Shown here: in pieces, positions 40,538 to 50,595 of the stretch
How the letters are laid out: the number at the start of each line of letters is the position of its first letter
Numbering within the stretch: the stretch's first letter is position 1
From: Spirochaetia bacterium
GTDB lineage: Bacteria > Spirochaetota > Spirochaetia > CADAEX01
Direction of reading: 5' to 3'
DNA length: 64,000 nt
Assembly: GCA_963662265.2 (NCBI GenBank)
Contig: CAXXHA010000036.1
Location: 1-64,000 of the forward strand
Translations under genes and position numbers: made by a program
The notes under the pieces: generated by a model
Seen by the model: only the letters and a program-made list of their open reading frames with translations
Database searches by the model: none
What the model was told of the DNA's origin: nothing

Positions 40538-41890
40538 ATGAAAAAACTACCGGTATATATTCAGATCCTCTACGGTGTAGGGGTAAGCTATGCAATATTT
40601 GATCAGATATTTGCCCAGTGGGTACTTACTTATTATCTTCCGCCTGAGAATTTCAGCTTTAAGCCTTTTCTTTCTCCCGGCTTCATTGCGCTTGCCCTTG
40701 TGATATCCCGGTTTGTAGATATGGTTGCAGATCCTCTTGTGGGATTCTGGTCAGACAGGGTGAATACAAGATGGGGACGGAGGATTCCTTTTGTTTTCCT
40801 GGGTACTGTGCCTCTTGCCCTGTCCACAATAGCGTTTTTTTATCCTGTAAAAGGGGGCGGTTTCGAGACTTTTGCCAATCTCTCGATAGTGGGAAGCCTT
40901 TTCTTCATCTTTTATACAATTGTAGGCGCTCCCTACAATGCTCTTATCCCCGAGCTTTCAAAGACTTCAGACGACAGGCTTAACCTGTCGACCTGGCAGG
41001 CAGTTTTCCGCCTTGTCTATACAGCTGTTGCAATGATACTTCCGGGAATAATGATTTCACTCCTTGGCGGCGGTGATGATGAGAAGGGCCTCCGTCTAAT
41101 GGTTATATTCCTTTCTGCGTTTGCAGTGATAGGTCTTTTCATAACCTCTTTTACAATAAACGAGAGAAAGTATTCAGGCGGAAAAATATCTGATGCGGAT
41201 TTCAGGAGTTCCATCAGGCTTGTTTTTCATGACAGGGCATTCCTTTATTATCTCGGGGGACTTCTTTTCTTCTTTGTTGGATTCAATATTATGAGAGGTT
41301 CAATCAACTACTATGTGACAGATGTGATGAAGATGGGGAGTTCAGGTATTACAACAGCATCTGCCCTCCTTTTCGGAGTATCTGCCCTCTTTTTCTATCC
41401 TGTCAACAGGCTGTCAAGAATAGCCGGCTATAGAAAACTGATGCTTGCATCCCTCTTTCTCCTGGTTCTTTTTTCAATCATGCTCTACCAGACCGGTAAA
41501 ATTTTCCCCACTTCATTCGGGTTTATTGTTTTCGCGCTTTTCGGCATTCCGGTTGCCGGAGCTGCCTTTATTTTCCCCCCCGCAATGCTTAGCGAGATAA
41601 GCAGCCGTGTTTCAGATAAGAGCGGGGAGCAGATTGAGGGGATCTTTTTCGGAATACAGGGATTTTTCCTCAAGATGGCTTTTCTTATTTCAATAGCAAT
41701 TCTGCCCATAATACTGGTTTCAGGAAACGGGACCTCTTTTACAGATATGCTTACCTCTGTGCCTGAAAAGCCTGAACTTGAAGGAATATACAGAACAACT
41801 GTTTATTCTGTGCTGTTTTTTTCATTATCGTTTATATTTTATTATATATACCCTGAACGTGTTTCCCCGGATAAGATTGAACAGGAATAG
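40538..41890 (+). CDS. MFS glycoside-pentoside-hexuronide (MelB/UidB-like) symporter
   Basis: DMVADPLVG.WSD..NTRWGRRIPF, PYNALIPE; about 12 TM segments; likely start 40538. Confidence 0.88.
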   Translation: MKKLPVYIQILYGVGVSYAIFDQIFAQWVLTYYLPPENFSFKPFLSPGFIALALVISRFVDMVADPLVGFWSDRVNTRWGRRIPFVFLGTVPLALSTIAFFYPVKGGGFETFANLSIVGSLFFIFYTIVGAPYNALIPELSKTSDDRLNLSTWQAVFRLVYTAVAMILPGIMISLLGGGDDEKGLRLMVIFLSAFAVIGLFITSFTINERKYSGGKISDADFRSSIRLVFHDRAFLYYLGGLLFFFVGFNIMRGSINYYVTDVMKMGSSGITTASALLFGVSALFFYPVNRLSRIAGYRKLMLASLFLLVLFSIMLYQTGKIFPTSFGFIVFALFGIPVAGAAFIFPPAMLSEISSRVSDKSGEQIEGIFFGIQGFFLKMAFLISIAILPIILVSGNGTSFTDMLTSVPEKPELEGIYRTTVYSVLFFSLSFIFYYIYPERVSPDKIEQE

Positions 41891-42068
41891 GCTCCTGTGA
41901 GATAATAACCTGCTGTATTATGAAAACAGTTTTTATATAGCCCTTTCGGTGACAGGCGTCTTGCGGGGCGGCATCTGATTTACATGTTCCTGCCTGGTGG
42001 GAAAAAAAGCAAAAGCGGGTTTTAGTGATGCCTGTAGACAATTACTGACAGAGAATGGAGAAGTAGAA

Positions 42069-42626
42069 ATGGAAAATAAAGAAAAAAGCAGTCTCAATAA
42101 CCAGGCTGCATTATATACGCTTGAAGGGAAATATCAGAAAGCATCTGATATATTTGAATCAATACTTTCAACAGATCCTGATGATACAGCAGTACTCTTT
42201 AATTATGGTTTTAATTTTCTTCAGTGGGAAAAAGGGAAAAAAGCTGTTGAAGTCTTTGAAAAAATAATTATTCTGGCAGAGAAAGCGTTTGAAAACAATC
42301 ACATGACTAATCTTCATGCTTCTGTGGTTGAGGACTGCGGGACAGCATGCTATGATGCAGGTCTTTATAAAGAGGCAGAAAAATATTTCATGATTGCAGA
42401 AGCAGCTGATCCTGAAAACAGCATACTGATGAATCACATGGGTGTGCTTTTTTTTGTAACAGAACGGATCGGGGAAGCTGAAAAATATTTTGAAAAAGCT
42501 GTGAAATATGATGATGAGAATATAGATGCCTGGTTTAACCTTGCAGATACTTACGAGGTACTTGGAAAAGCAGAGGATAGCGAAGAAGCCAGGAAAAAGT
42601 TTCTTGAGCTTGAAAACAGGGACTAG
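42069..42626 (+). CDS. TPR repeat protein
   Basis: Several TPR motifs (AWFNLA, LFNYG); SD GGAG before ATG 42069. Confidence 0.8.
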   Translation: MENKEKSSLNNQAALYTLEGKYQKASDIFESILSTDPDDTAVLFNYGFNFLQWEKGKKAVEVFEKIIILAEKAFENNHMTNLHASVVEDCGTACYDAGLYKEAEKYFMIAEAADPENSILMNHMGVLFFVTERIGEAEKYFEKAVKYDDENIDAWFNLADTYEVLGKAEDSEEARKKFLELENRD

Positions 42627-42659
42627 AAAGTCCCTGCCGGATACTGTTGTCTGTAATTG

Positions 42660-43766
42660 TTATCCAGTAATTAATACTATTGATTTTTCCGTCACAGGGT
42701 CAAAAAAACTGCTTTTATTCATATCCGGAATAAAAAAGATTGTTTCCCCGACTGAAACATTTATATCAGAAGGGATCCTTGCTATGAATTTGTGATCTCC
42801 CCCCTCCAGATACAGGTGAGTCTCATCTCCGAGGGGTTCTATAACATCCACTTCTGCTTTGATAAAACATTCTCCCTTTTCCGGATTTCTTTTCAGCATG
42901 TTTTCAGGCCTTATTCCGAAGCAGACATTTTTCCTGTTCACTGATTCAAGGTATTTTTTTACATGGTCAGGAATTGTGATAAACACATTTTCATCCTCAA
43001 GTACAGTATTGTTTCCTGAAGCATTTAACTCCATGTCCAGAAAATTCATCGGCGGCGACCCTATGAAACCTGCAACAAATTTGTTGACAGGATTATTATA
43101 AAGTTCCAGGGGCCCCCCTATCTGCTGAATTATTCCATCCCTCATGACAACAATCCTGTCTGCCATCGTCATTGCCTCAATCTGGTCATGTGTTACATAG
43201 ATCATTGTTGCACCGAGCTGGTTGTGAAGCCGGGATAGTTCTGTTCTCATCTGAACCCTGAGTTTCGCATCAAGGTTTGAAAGCGGTTCATCAAACAGGA
43301 ATACTTTCGGTTTTCTGACAATTGCCCTGCCTACTGCAACTCTCTGTCTCTGCCCCCCCGAAAGCTCTTTCGGTTTCCTTTTTAGATAGTCCTCTATTCC
43401 CAGTATTACGGCAGCCTCCCTGACTCTTTTCTCTATTTCATCCTTGCTGAATTTTCTCATTTTCAGTCCGAATGCCATGTTGTCATAAACAGACATGTGG
43501 GGATAAAGTGCGTAATTCTGAAATACCATTGCAATATCCCTGTCCTTGGGCGGGATATCGTTTACAATTTTTCCGTCAATAAGAAGCTCTCCCCCTGTTA
43601 TTTCCTCAAGCCCCGCTACCATCCTTAGTGTTGTTGTTTTTCCGCAGCCTGAAGGACCAACAAGGACCACAAATTCCCTGTCTTTTATTTCAACATCTGC
43701 ACTGTCTACTGCTTTTGTCTCTCCTGAATATATTTTGGAAACTTTTCTTAGCTCTACATTTGCCAT
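42660..43766 (-). CDS. ugpC: Sugar/glycerol-3-phosphate ABC transporter ATPase
   Basis: GPSGCGKTT, MVFQNYALYPHM, LSGGQRQR, FDEPLSNLDAKLR. Confidence 0.9.
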   Translation of the reverse strand: MANVELRKVSKIYSGETKAVDSADVEIKDREFVVLVGPSGCGKTTTLRMVAGLEEITGGELLIDGKIVNDIPPKDRDIAMVFQNYALYPHMSVYDNMAFGLKMRKFSKDEIEKRVREAAVILGIEDYLKRKPKELSGGQRQRVAVGRAIVRKPKVFLFDEPLSNLDAKLRVQMRTELSRLHNQLGATMIYVTHDQIEAMTMADRIVVMRDGIIQQIGGPLELYNNPVNKFVAGFIGSPPMNFLDMELNASGNNTVLEDENVFITIPDHVKKYLESVNRKNVCFGIRPENMLKRNPEKGECFIKAEVDVIEPLGDETHLYLEGGDHKFIARIPSDINVSVGETIFFIPDMNKSSFFDPVTEKSIVLITG

Positions 43767-43778
43767 ATTCTTCTCCAA

Positions 43779-44627
43779 TTATTTATTACTGCTGAGGGCA
43801 AGCCCTTTTATGAGTGAACTCTGAAAAAGTATCAGAACTATCAGAGGCGGTATCATTGCAAGAACTGTTCCCGCCATAACAATATTCCAGTTGACTGCAG
43901 CATCTGTATCAACCAGCGATTTAAGACCTATCTGTATTACCCTGATTCTGTCGGCATTTGCCACTATCAGCGGCCAGAGGTACTGGTTCCATATGAATAT
44001 GAATTCAATGAGGAACAGGGCCGAAATATTTGTCTTTGAAAGTGGGATTACAACATGCCACAGGAACTTCAGGGGGGAAGCCCCGTCAACCTTTGCCGCA
44101 TCTACGAAAGACCCCGGAACAGTCATGTAAAGCTGCCTGAAAAGAAGTGTCCCTGTTGCACTCGCAAAAAACGGGATAGTGAGGGCCCAGTATGTGTTTA
44201 CCCAGTGCATTGAGCTCATAAGCTGGTATGTCGGCACAATCCTGACAGGGAGGGGCAGCATCTGTGTTATAAGAATAACAATGAAGAAAAATCCTTTCCC
44301 CTTGAAATCGTAAAATACAAATGAAAAAGCCGCGAAAATACTCAGGATTATTTTTCCGAATGCAACAGCCAGGGACATGAAAAGCGAATTCATAAGCAGT
44401 CTTCCCAGATTCGCTGATGTCCATGCTTCATGGTAATTTGCCAGAGTCCCTTTTCCGGGCAGCAGACGGGGGGGAAATTTAAAGTATTCACCCGAAGTCT
44501 GTGTACTCACAATAATCGCATAAAGCATTGGAAAAAGAACAATAACAAGCACTGATATCATTATTGTGTGGCTGATTATACGGTCAATTTTCTTGTAAGT
44601 CAGTTTTTTTGATATTTTCATGATCAT
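43779..44627 (-). CDS. ugpE: CUT1 ABC permease, UgpE-like
   Basis: MLPLPVRIVPTY, ASATGTLLFRQ, DAAKVDGA, WNQYLWP. Confidence 0.82.
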   Translation of the reverse strand: MIMKISKKLTYKKIDRIISHTIMISVLVIVLFPMLYAIIVSTQTSGEYFKFPPRLLPGKGTLANYHEAWTSANLGRLLMNSLFMSLAVAFGKIILSIFAAFSFVFYDFKGKGFFFIVILITQMLPLPVRIVPTYQLMSSMHWVNTYWALTIPFFASATGTLLFRQLYMTVPGSFVDAAKVDGASPLKFLWHVVIPLSKTNISALFLIEFIFIWNQYLWPLIVANADRIRVIQIGLKSLVDTDAAVNWNIVMAGTVLAMIPPLIVLILFQSSLIKGLALSSNK

Positions 44628-45508
44628 GCTCCGTAAAAGACAGATTTCTGGGTAATTCTGAACTGAATAGTCATGATAATTGAAACAAAGAGGAGCAGTA
44701 TTATTGACTGGGCAGAAGCTCCCCCTGTATCCATCGCTATAAAACCGTCTCTGTAGAGCTTGTATACAAGCAGGTCTGTTGCCCGTCCCGGTCCCCCTTC
44801 TGTAATTACATGAAGAAGTCCGAACTGCTGGAAAAAGGCGTAGAGCGTATTCATTATGAAAAGGAAGAATACTGTGGGAGATATGACAGGGAACATTACT
44901 TTCCAGAAGACCTGTCCCTTTCTTGCCCCGTCAATAATTGCGGCCTCGATTATTTCATTCGGAACGCTCTGCAGGCCGGCAAGTATGAAGATAATGTTGT
45001 ATCCAAGCATTTTCCATATAGCAGCTACAATGATGAAGATCATTGCATGAATGCCGTTTGAGATATATTCGAAATGTACTCCGAAAAAATTCAGTATATT
45101 TGTTGCAATCCCTATGGTTGGATTGAACATGAGTGCCCATATCATACCTGTTATGGCAGGAGAAAGCGCATAGGGCCATATAAGGAAAATCCTGTAAATA
45201 TTGAATCCCGGGTACCTCCTGTTGGCAACTCTTGCTATATAGATGCTTATCAGCAGTCCCAGGAAGACCACAAAAACTGCAAAAACAAGGCTCAGGACAA
45301 GCGAGTTCAGGTAGTCAGGATTTTTAAGCAGTCTTGTGAAATTTGTTAATCCGACAAATATTTTTCTTGTACCTGTCATGTTTACCCTGTAGAAACTGTA
45401 GTAGAGACTCTGGATACTCGGGTATATGAAAAATATAGTGATTATTATGATGCTTGGGGACAGAAGAACATAGGGAAGCCATTTCTGTGATTTTAATTTT
45501 ACCTGCAT
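44624..45508 (-). CDS. ugpA: CUT1 ABC permease, UgpA-like
   Basis: WPYALSPA, WKMLGYN, EAAIIDGA, LVYKLYRDGF; likely start 45508. Confidence 0.82.
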   Translation of the reverse strand: MQVKLKSQKWLPYVLLSPSIIIITIFFIYPSIQSLYYSFYRVNMTGTRKIFVGLTNFTRLLKNPDYLNSLVLSLVFAVFVVFLGLLISIYIARVANRRYPGFNIYRIFLIWPYALSPAITGMIWALMFNPTIGIATNILNFFGVHFEYISNGIHAMIFIIVAAIWKMLGYNIIFILAGLQSVPNEIIEAAIIDGARKGQVFWKVMFPVISPTVFFLFIMNTLYAFFQQFGLLHVITEGGPGRATDLLVYKLYRDGFIAMDTGGASAQSIILLLFVSIIMTIQFRITQKSVFYGA

Positions 45509-45529
45509 TGAATACTCCGCGGAAAACAT

Positions 45530-45554
45530 GCCTCCCCTGAAATGCAGGGGAGGC
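45530..45554 (-). other. Intercistronic stem-loop downstream of the SBP gene (mRNA stabiliser)
   Basis: GCCTCCCCTG-aaatg-CAGGGGAGGC, no U tract. Confidence 0.6.
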
Positions 45555-45575
45555 CGGATAAAATGATTAAAATTA

Positions 45576-46925
45576 CTATTCCACTGTCATCAGATAATCT
45601 GAAAGAACCTGGTCGCAGTCTTCCTTTGCTTTATCAAGGACCTGCTGCGGATCTTTCATATTTACCACAACATCTTCTATCGCAACTCCGACAATATCCC
45701 TGATCTGAACAAAGTTGCCGAGAAGAACTCCTGTAGCTGCATGGCCTGTATCTCCCGACATAATCTGGTCGAACGCTGTTGCGAAGCGGGGATCTTTTTC
45801 AAACCATCCCTCATTCTTGAGACTTGAATATGCCTTCTTGTTGACCGGGAAATACCCTGTCTGTTTGTGCCACATCACAGCGTTATCAACTTTAAACAGG
45901 TATTTGAGAAATTCCCATGCAGCAACGTTTACTTCATCGCTGTGTCCTGACATCAGCCAGATACTGGCTCCCCCTATTACGCTGTTTCCTTTCTTTCCGT
46001 AATCAGGGATCCTGGGCAGGTATGCTGTTCCAAGGTTGAAATCAGCCTTTTTTATGATACCTGCAAGGCTGGATGTTGACTGGACCAGCATAGCGAATTC
46101 CCCTGCAAGAAAAGGATCGTTAGCCTTGTATGTTCTTCCTCCGTAGACAAGCACTCCGTCTTTTGCCCATTTCTGCCATTCTGAAAGAACTCTTACCCCG
46201 AATTCCTTGTTGATATATACTTCATCGGCTCTGCCGTCACGGCCGTTTTTGTTGTTTGCATAATATTCATTGTGATATGCATGCATCTGTTCAAATATCC
46301 AGGCAGGCCAGCCGAAGGATATTCCCCCTTTTGCGAGTCCCATATCGACAATTTTCTTGCCATACTCATAAATTTCATCGAATGTGGCAGGCGGTTTATC
46401 GGGATCCAGTCCTGCCTTTTCAAAAAGGTCCTTGTTATAGTAGATCATTGCAGTTGATGAATTGAACGGCATACTGTACATCTCGCCGTCATAGCTGTAG
46501 TATTTCATTATAGGTTCAACAACCTCGTTAAAATCCACTTCTCCCCTGTTCAGGTTTTTTATAGGGATTATTGCACCGGAATCCTTCATTGTCTGGGTGC
46601 CTACTTCATAACTCTGCAGGAGCACAGGGGGATTCCCCGCTTTGACAGCTGCAAGCCCTTTTGTCACAGTCTCGCCGTAACTTCCTGTGTAAAGCGCTTC
46701 AACCGTCATTCCCGGATGAGATTTGTTGAATCCTTCAACAAGGGCATCAACAACCTTTGCCCTGCTTCCTGACATCGCATGCCAGAACGTCACAGTACCG
46801 GCTCCTTTTGTTCCGTCCGGAATTTCATAATCCATTGGTGAAGCTGATTTTTCTTTTTTCCCACCTGCAAATGTGAGCGGCATAATCATGAGGCATAACA
46901 GAATTGCAGCAACTGTTTTTTTCAT
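45576..46925 (-). CDS. ugpB: sn-glycerol-3-phosphate-type ABC substrate-binding protein
   Basis: FWHAM, YEVGT, MPFNSST, IGGASIW, WHKQTGY. Confidence 0.85.
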   Translation of the reverse strand: MKKTVAAILLCLMIMPLTFAGGKKEKSASPMDYEIPDGTKGAGTVTFWHAMSGSRAKVVDALVEGFNKSHPGMTVEALYTGSYGETVTKGLAAVKAGNPPVLLQSYEVGTQTMKDSGAIIPIKNLNRGEVDFNEVVEPIMKYYSYDGEMYSMPFNSSTAMIYYNKDLFEKAGLDPDKPPATFDEIYEYGKKIVDMGLAKGGISFGWPAWIFEQMHAYHNEYYANNKNGRDGRADEVYINKEFGVRVLSEWQKWAKDGVLVYGGRTYKANDPFLAGEFAMLVQSTSSLAGIIKKADFNLGTAYLPRIPDYGKKGNSVIGGASIWLMSGHSDEVNVAAWEFLKYLFKVDNAVMWHKQTGYFPVNKKAYSSLKNEGWFEKDPRFATAFDQIMSGDTGHAATGVLLGNFVQIRDIVGVAIEDVVVNMKDPQQVLDKAKEDCDQVLSDYLMTVE

Positions 46926-47080
46926 TTTTTACCTCCAAAAATTTAAAGCATGCACTGCATGCTGATTTCAGAATTGATGATAAAAAACGGATAATCAGTA
47001 ATGCTGATGATTAATGTAAAATGATTATTCTTTTTTTAAACATATGTTTTTTATAAAACAAATTTATGTCACTTTTTAAA

Positions 47081-47109
47081 AGTCTAAACCTCAGGTTTTG
47101 AATTGTCAA
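47081..47109 (-). promoter_or_regulatory. Sigma70 promoter of the ugp-like operon
   Basis: TTGACA (47109-47104)-17 nt-TAGACT (47086-47081). Confidence 0.7.
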
Positions 47110-47212
47110 ATGATTGTTCGGGAAAGTTGGAGTTATACGTCAATAAATGTTGAGTTATGCACCGACTTGACAGTCATATGCCTTTATTGGAAACCTGAAA
47201 TAAATACTGAGT

Positions 47213-48076
47213 TTAATTGTCTTTATCCAGTTTATAGCCGGTTTCAGCTATTTTTTTGAGCCAGTCATAATCTGATTTTTGCACTTCGGTGAAAGGATCT
47301 AGGTCTGCCTGATGAAGAGCGTTTCTCCCTTCTCTTGTACTCTCAAGGCTCAGGAGGAAATTTTTTGTTTTTTCTATAAGCTCCTCTCCAATTTCAGTGT
47401 TTACAACAAAAGGTCCCAGTGGAAAGGTGGGGCTTTTATAAATTATCCTGAATTTTTCCTTGATTTGCTTATCCTGTTCATTGAATATAAATGAAGCCAC
47501 AACACCGCTGTCAATTGTTTTATTGAGAATTGAAAAGAGGATTGAATCCTGTTTCTGTATTATCAGTGCTTTTCTGAAATACTCTTCCGGTTTTATCCCC
47601 AGTTGATAAAGCTGATGCATGGGGACGAGAAATGCGCTTGTTGAATAGGGATCTCCGAATGCAAAGGATTTAGCTTTCAGGTCCGCAATTGAATTTATAT
47701 TGCTTTCGTTCCTTACAATAAAAAGACTTCTGTAGTTTTTATTGTTTTGCTTTACCCTTGCCGCAATTGGTATCAGGTTCTGTTTTTCCATGATGTTGAT
47801 ATAGGAGTATGCATTTATTATTCCCATATCTATTTTGTTGCTCATGTATTTTTTCTGCATTTCCTCATAGGTGTTTGAAAGTACAAAAATTATTTTCCTG
47901 TCAAGCTCTTCAGAAAGGAGATGGATTAACGGTGCATATTTCTTGAAAATTACGGCGGAACTTTCTCCGTAGGCATGGCCGAATTTGATGACTTTTTTGT
48001 TCTCTTCTGCAGACATTGAAAATGGGTAGAGTATAATTATTATAACCAGCAGTATTTTTCTCATAGAAAAACTCAT
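47213..48076 (-). CDS. PhnD-like phosphate/phosphonate-binding protein (copy 2)
   Basis: Signal peptide; SFAFGDPYSTSAFLVP; paralog of 48191..49093. Confidence 0.82.
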   Translation of the reverse strand: MSFSMRKILLVIIIILYPFSMSAEENKKVIKFGHAYGESSAVIFKKYAPLIHLLSEELDRKIIFVLSNTYEEMQKKYMSNKIDMGIINAYSYINIMEKQNLIPIAARVKQNNKNYRSLFIVRNESNINSIADLKAKSFAFGDPYSTSAFLVPMHQLYQLGIKPEEYFRKALIIQKQDSILFSILNKTIDSGVVASFIFNEQDKQIKEKFRIIYKSPTFPLGPFVVNTEIGEELIEKTKNFLLSLESTREGRNALHQADLDPFTEVQKSDYDWLKKIAETGYKLDKDN

Positions 48077-48190
48077 TTGTTTGATTATAAATTAAAATTA
48101 AGTATTATTATAGCGATTTTAATGTCCATAACTCGGATATTTTGGAAAACAGCTTCTTATGGCAGATTATGGAAGAAGCTGCTATAGCGG

Positions 48191-49093
48191 CTAATCTTCA
48201 GGCTTCAGATTATCTGTATCTTTGAATTCTTCTGTATCTATTGTATATCCGGCTTCAACAATTTCCTTGAGCCAGTTATAGTCTGATTTCTGTACTTCCT
48301 CAAACGGGTCGAGGCCTGCTTTTGAAAGGGCATTTCTTCCTTCTTCCGTGTTTTCCAGGCTTAACAGGAATTCTTTTGTCTTTTCTATATTTGTTTTACC
48401 TATTCTTGTGTTTACAACAAAAGGACCTAATGGGTACTGGCGTGTTTTATGAATGATTCTGAAGTTTTTCTTGAGATCTTCTCTCTGTTCATTGAAGATA
48501 AAAGATGCGACAGCACCGCCGTCAATTGTTTTATTCAGTATTGAGTATATTATTGAATCCTGTTTAGGGATTATCACTGTTTTTCTGAAAAAATCCTGTG
48601 GCACTATGTTGAGTTTATCAAGCTGATACATTGGTACAAGAAATGAGCTTGTTGAATAGGGATCGCCGAATGCAAAAGACCGGTTTTTAAGGTCCCCGAT
48701 ATTCATGATATTGCTGTCTTTCCTGACAATAAAGTAAGTTCTGTAATTTTTGCTGTTTTCCTTGACTCTTGCTGCAATCGGCAACAGGTCGGGGGAATCC
48801 ATGAGGCTTATGAATGGATAGGCATTAAGTATTCCCATCTCAATCTCGTTGCTTAGAAAACCGGTAAGCATCTCTTTATATGTTTTTTTGGGTACAAACA
48901 GGACTTTTTTTCCAAGTTTCTCAGATAATAAATTTAAAAGTGATGAATATTTATTGAATATGACTGCTGAATTTTCACCTGACGGGTATCCGAATTTAAT
49001 TATATATAACTGCTCATCGGAAAACGCTGTAACTCCTGAGAAAAAAAATATACCCAGAATGACTAAAATAGTCCTGTAAAATGAATAAAACAT
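48191..49093 (-). CDS. PhnD-like phosphate/phosphonate-binding protein (copy 1)
   Basis: Signal peptide; SFAFGDPYSTSSFLVP. Confidence 0.82.
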   Translation of the reverse strand: MFYSFYRTILVILGIFFFSGVTAFSDEQLYIIKFGYPSGENSAVIFNKYSSLLNLLSEKLGKKVLFVPKKTYKEMLTGFLSNEIEMGILNAYPFISLMDSPDLLPIAARVKENSKNYRTYFIVRKDSNIMNIGDLKNRSFAFGDPYSTSSFLVPMYQLDKLNIVPQDFFRKTVIIPKQDSIIYSILNKTIDGGAVASFIFNEQREDLKKNFRIIHKTRQYPLGPFVVNTRIGKTNIEKTKEFLLSLENTEEGRNALSKAGLDPFEEVQKSDYNWLKEIVEAGYTIDTEEFKDTDNLKPED

Positions 49094-49181
49094 TGAATAA
49101 ATTATAGAATAAAACTAAGTTTTGTAACAGGGGATTGTATCCTGCGTGGTATTATTTCCTTTGTATATACTGGAGAAAAAA

Positions 49182-50588
49182 ATGAAAATAACTACAAAGT
49201 TTATCTTTTCAACAGTTTTGATCGTATTTATTACTGGAGCCATACTTGTCGGGTTTTCTGTTAATACACAGAAAAGGCTTATTGAAGAGCAGATAATAAA
49301 AAAGGGCTCTGTCCTTGCCGAAGTCCTCTCTGTTTCCCTGATGATACCTATGCTGAATTTTGATTATTCATCTGTAAAACTCTTTTTTGATACACTTTCC
49401 AGGGATACAGATGTTATTGAAGGGGAACTTCTGGATAACAATAATATAGTAAAAATGCACACAGATATTGATCGTCTCGGGGAATCACATATCTATAAAA
49501 TAAATTTCGAGGATATGGGTGACACAATTGTACACAGGAATGATCCGGGAGATAACGGCAGCAGGCTGATAAGTTATGATTTTTTCAGTTCTGTACGGGT
49601 GGAAGATGAGCAGATAGGTGTATTTCATATCACCCTTACAAATGAAACATATCTCCAGGTGATAAGGATTGCATGGATAAAAATGATGCTTCTGGGACTT
49701 TTTGTAATAGTTATCGGTATTGCAGGCGCTTTTCTTCTCGGTGTGCAGATTTCCCGCCCTATCAAGGAACTTGTAAAGGGGGCAGAGTCTGTTTCCGGCG
49801 GAAATTTTAACTGGGATGTTAATATAAGGTCCCGGGATGAGATAGGGATACTTTCAACTGCATTCAAAAACATGACAGAAAGGCTGGATATAAATATCAA
49901 GTCGAGAATTAACAGCGAGAAAATGGCTGTTATTGGCCAGCTGTCATCTGTTCTTGCCCATGAAATAAAAAACCCGCTTGAACCGATTAAGGGCTCAGCA
50001 GAACTTCTTAAAATTTATTATCCCGAAGAGGAGCAGATTCTGAAATTCGCAGGCATAATACAGGAAGAGGTTCTGAGACTTATCTCTTTTATAGATAATT
50101 TTCTTGATTTTGCGAGGCCGAGAGATCCTGAGTTCAAGGAGGTTAATCTTAATACGCTTATCAACAAGACTTTTCTGCTTCTTGAAAAGCTTGTTCATGA
50201 CAACAAGATAGATGTTGAATTCAGCCTGGAAGGGGAACTTCCTCCTGTAAGAGGAGATGCTTCCATGCTGAAACAGGTTGTACTCAATGTTGTGCTTAAT
50301 GCAATTCAGGCAGTAAAGAAAAACCATGGATATATAAAAGTTGTCACCAGCCATAACGGTTCAATGGCAGAGCTTAAGATAACAGATCATGGAACAGGTA
50401 TAGAAAAAGAGGTGCTTGACAGTATTTTTGACCCTTTCTATACGACAAAAGCGGAAGGTTCCGGGACAGGGCTTACTACAAGTCTGAGGATTATTGAGCA
50501 GCATGGCGGAGAAATAATCATAGAAAGTGAACCCGGAATGATGACAATGGTACAGATATTGCTACCGTTGATTGTAGCGAGGAAATGA
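49182..50588 (+). CDS. HAMP sensor histidine kinase (NtrB/AtoS class)
   Basis: Two TM segments, HAMP, LAHEIKNPL, N box, DHGTG, FDPF, GTGL; likely start 49182. Confidence 0.92.
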   Translation: MKITTKFIFSTVLIVFITGAILVGFSVNTQKRLIEEQIIKKGSVLAEVLSVSLMIPMLNFDYSSVKLFFDTLSRDTDVIEGELLDNNNIVKMHTDIDRLGESHIYKINFEDMGDTIVHRNDPGDNGSRLISYDFFSSVRVEDEQIGVFHITLTNETYLQVIRIAWIKMMLLGLFVIVIGIAGAFLLGVQISRPIKELVKGAESVSGGNFNWDVNIRSRDEIGILSTAFKNMTERLDINIKSRINSEKMAVIGQLSSVLAHEIKNPLEPIKGSAELLKIYYPEEEQILKFAGIIQEEVLRLISFIDNFLDFARPRDPEFKEVNLNTLINKTFLLLEKLVHDNKIDVEFSLEGELPPVRGDASMLKQVVLNVVLNAIQAVKKNHGYIKVVTSHNGSMAELKITDHGTGIEKEVLDSIFDPFYTTKAEGSGTGLTTSLRIIEQHGGEIIIESEPGMMTMVQILLPLIVARK

Positions 50589-50595
50589 GGCAGCG

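Noticed and set aside
41891-42068. GC-rich intergenic stretch as ncRNA or N-terminal extension of the TPR protein
   Set aside because: No convincing stems; the SD supports the start at 42069.
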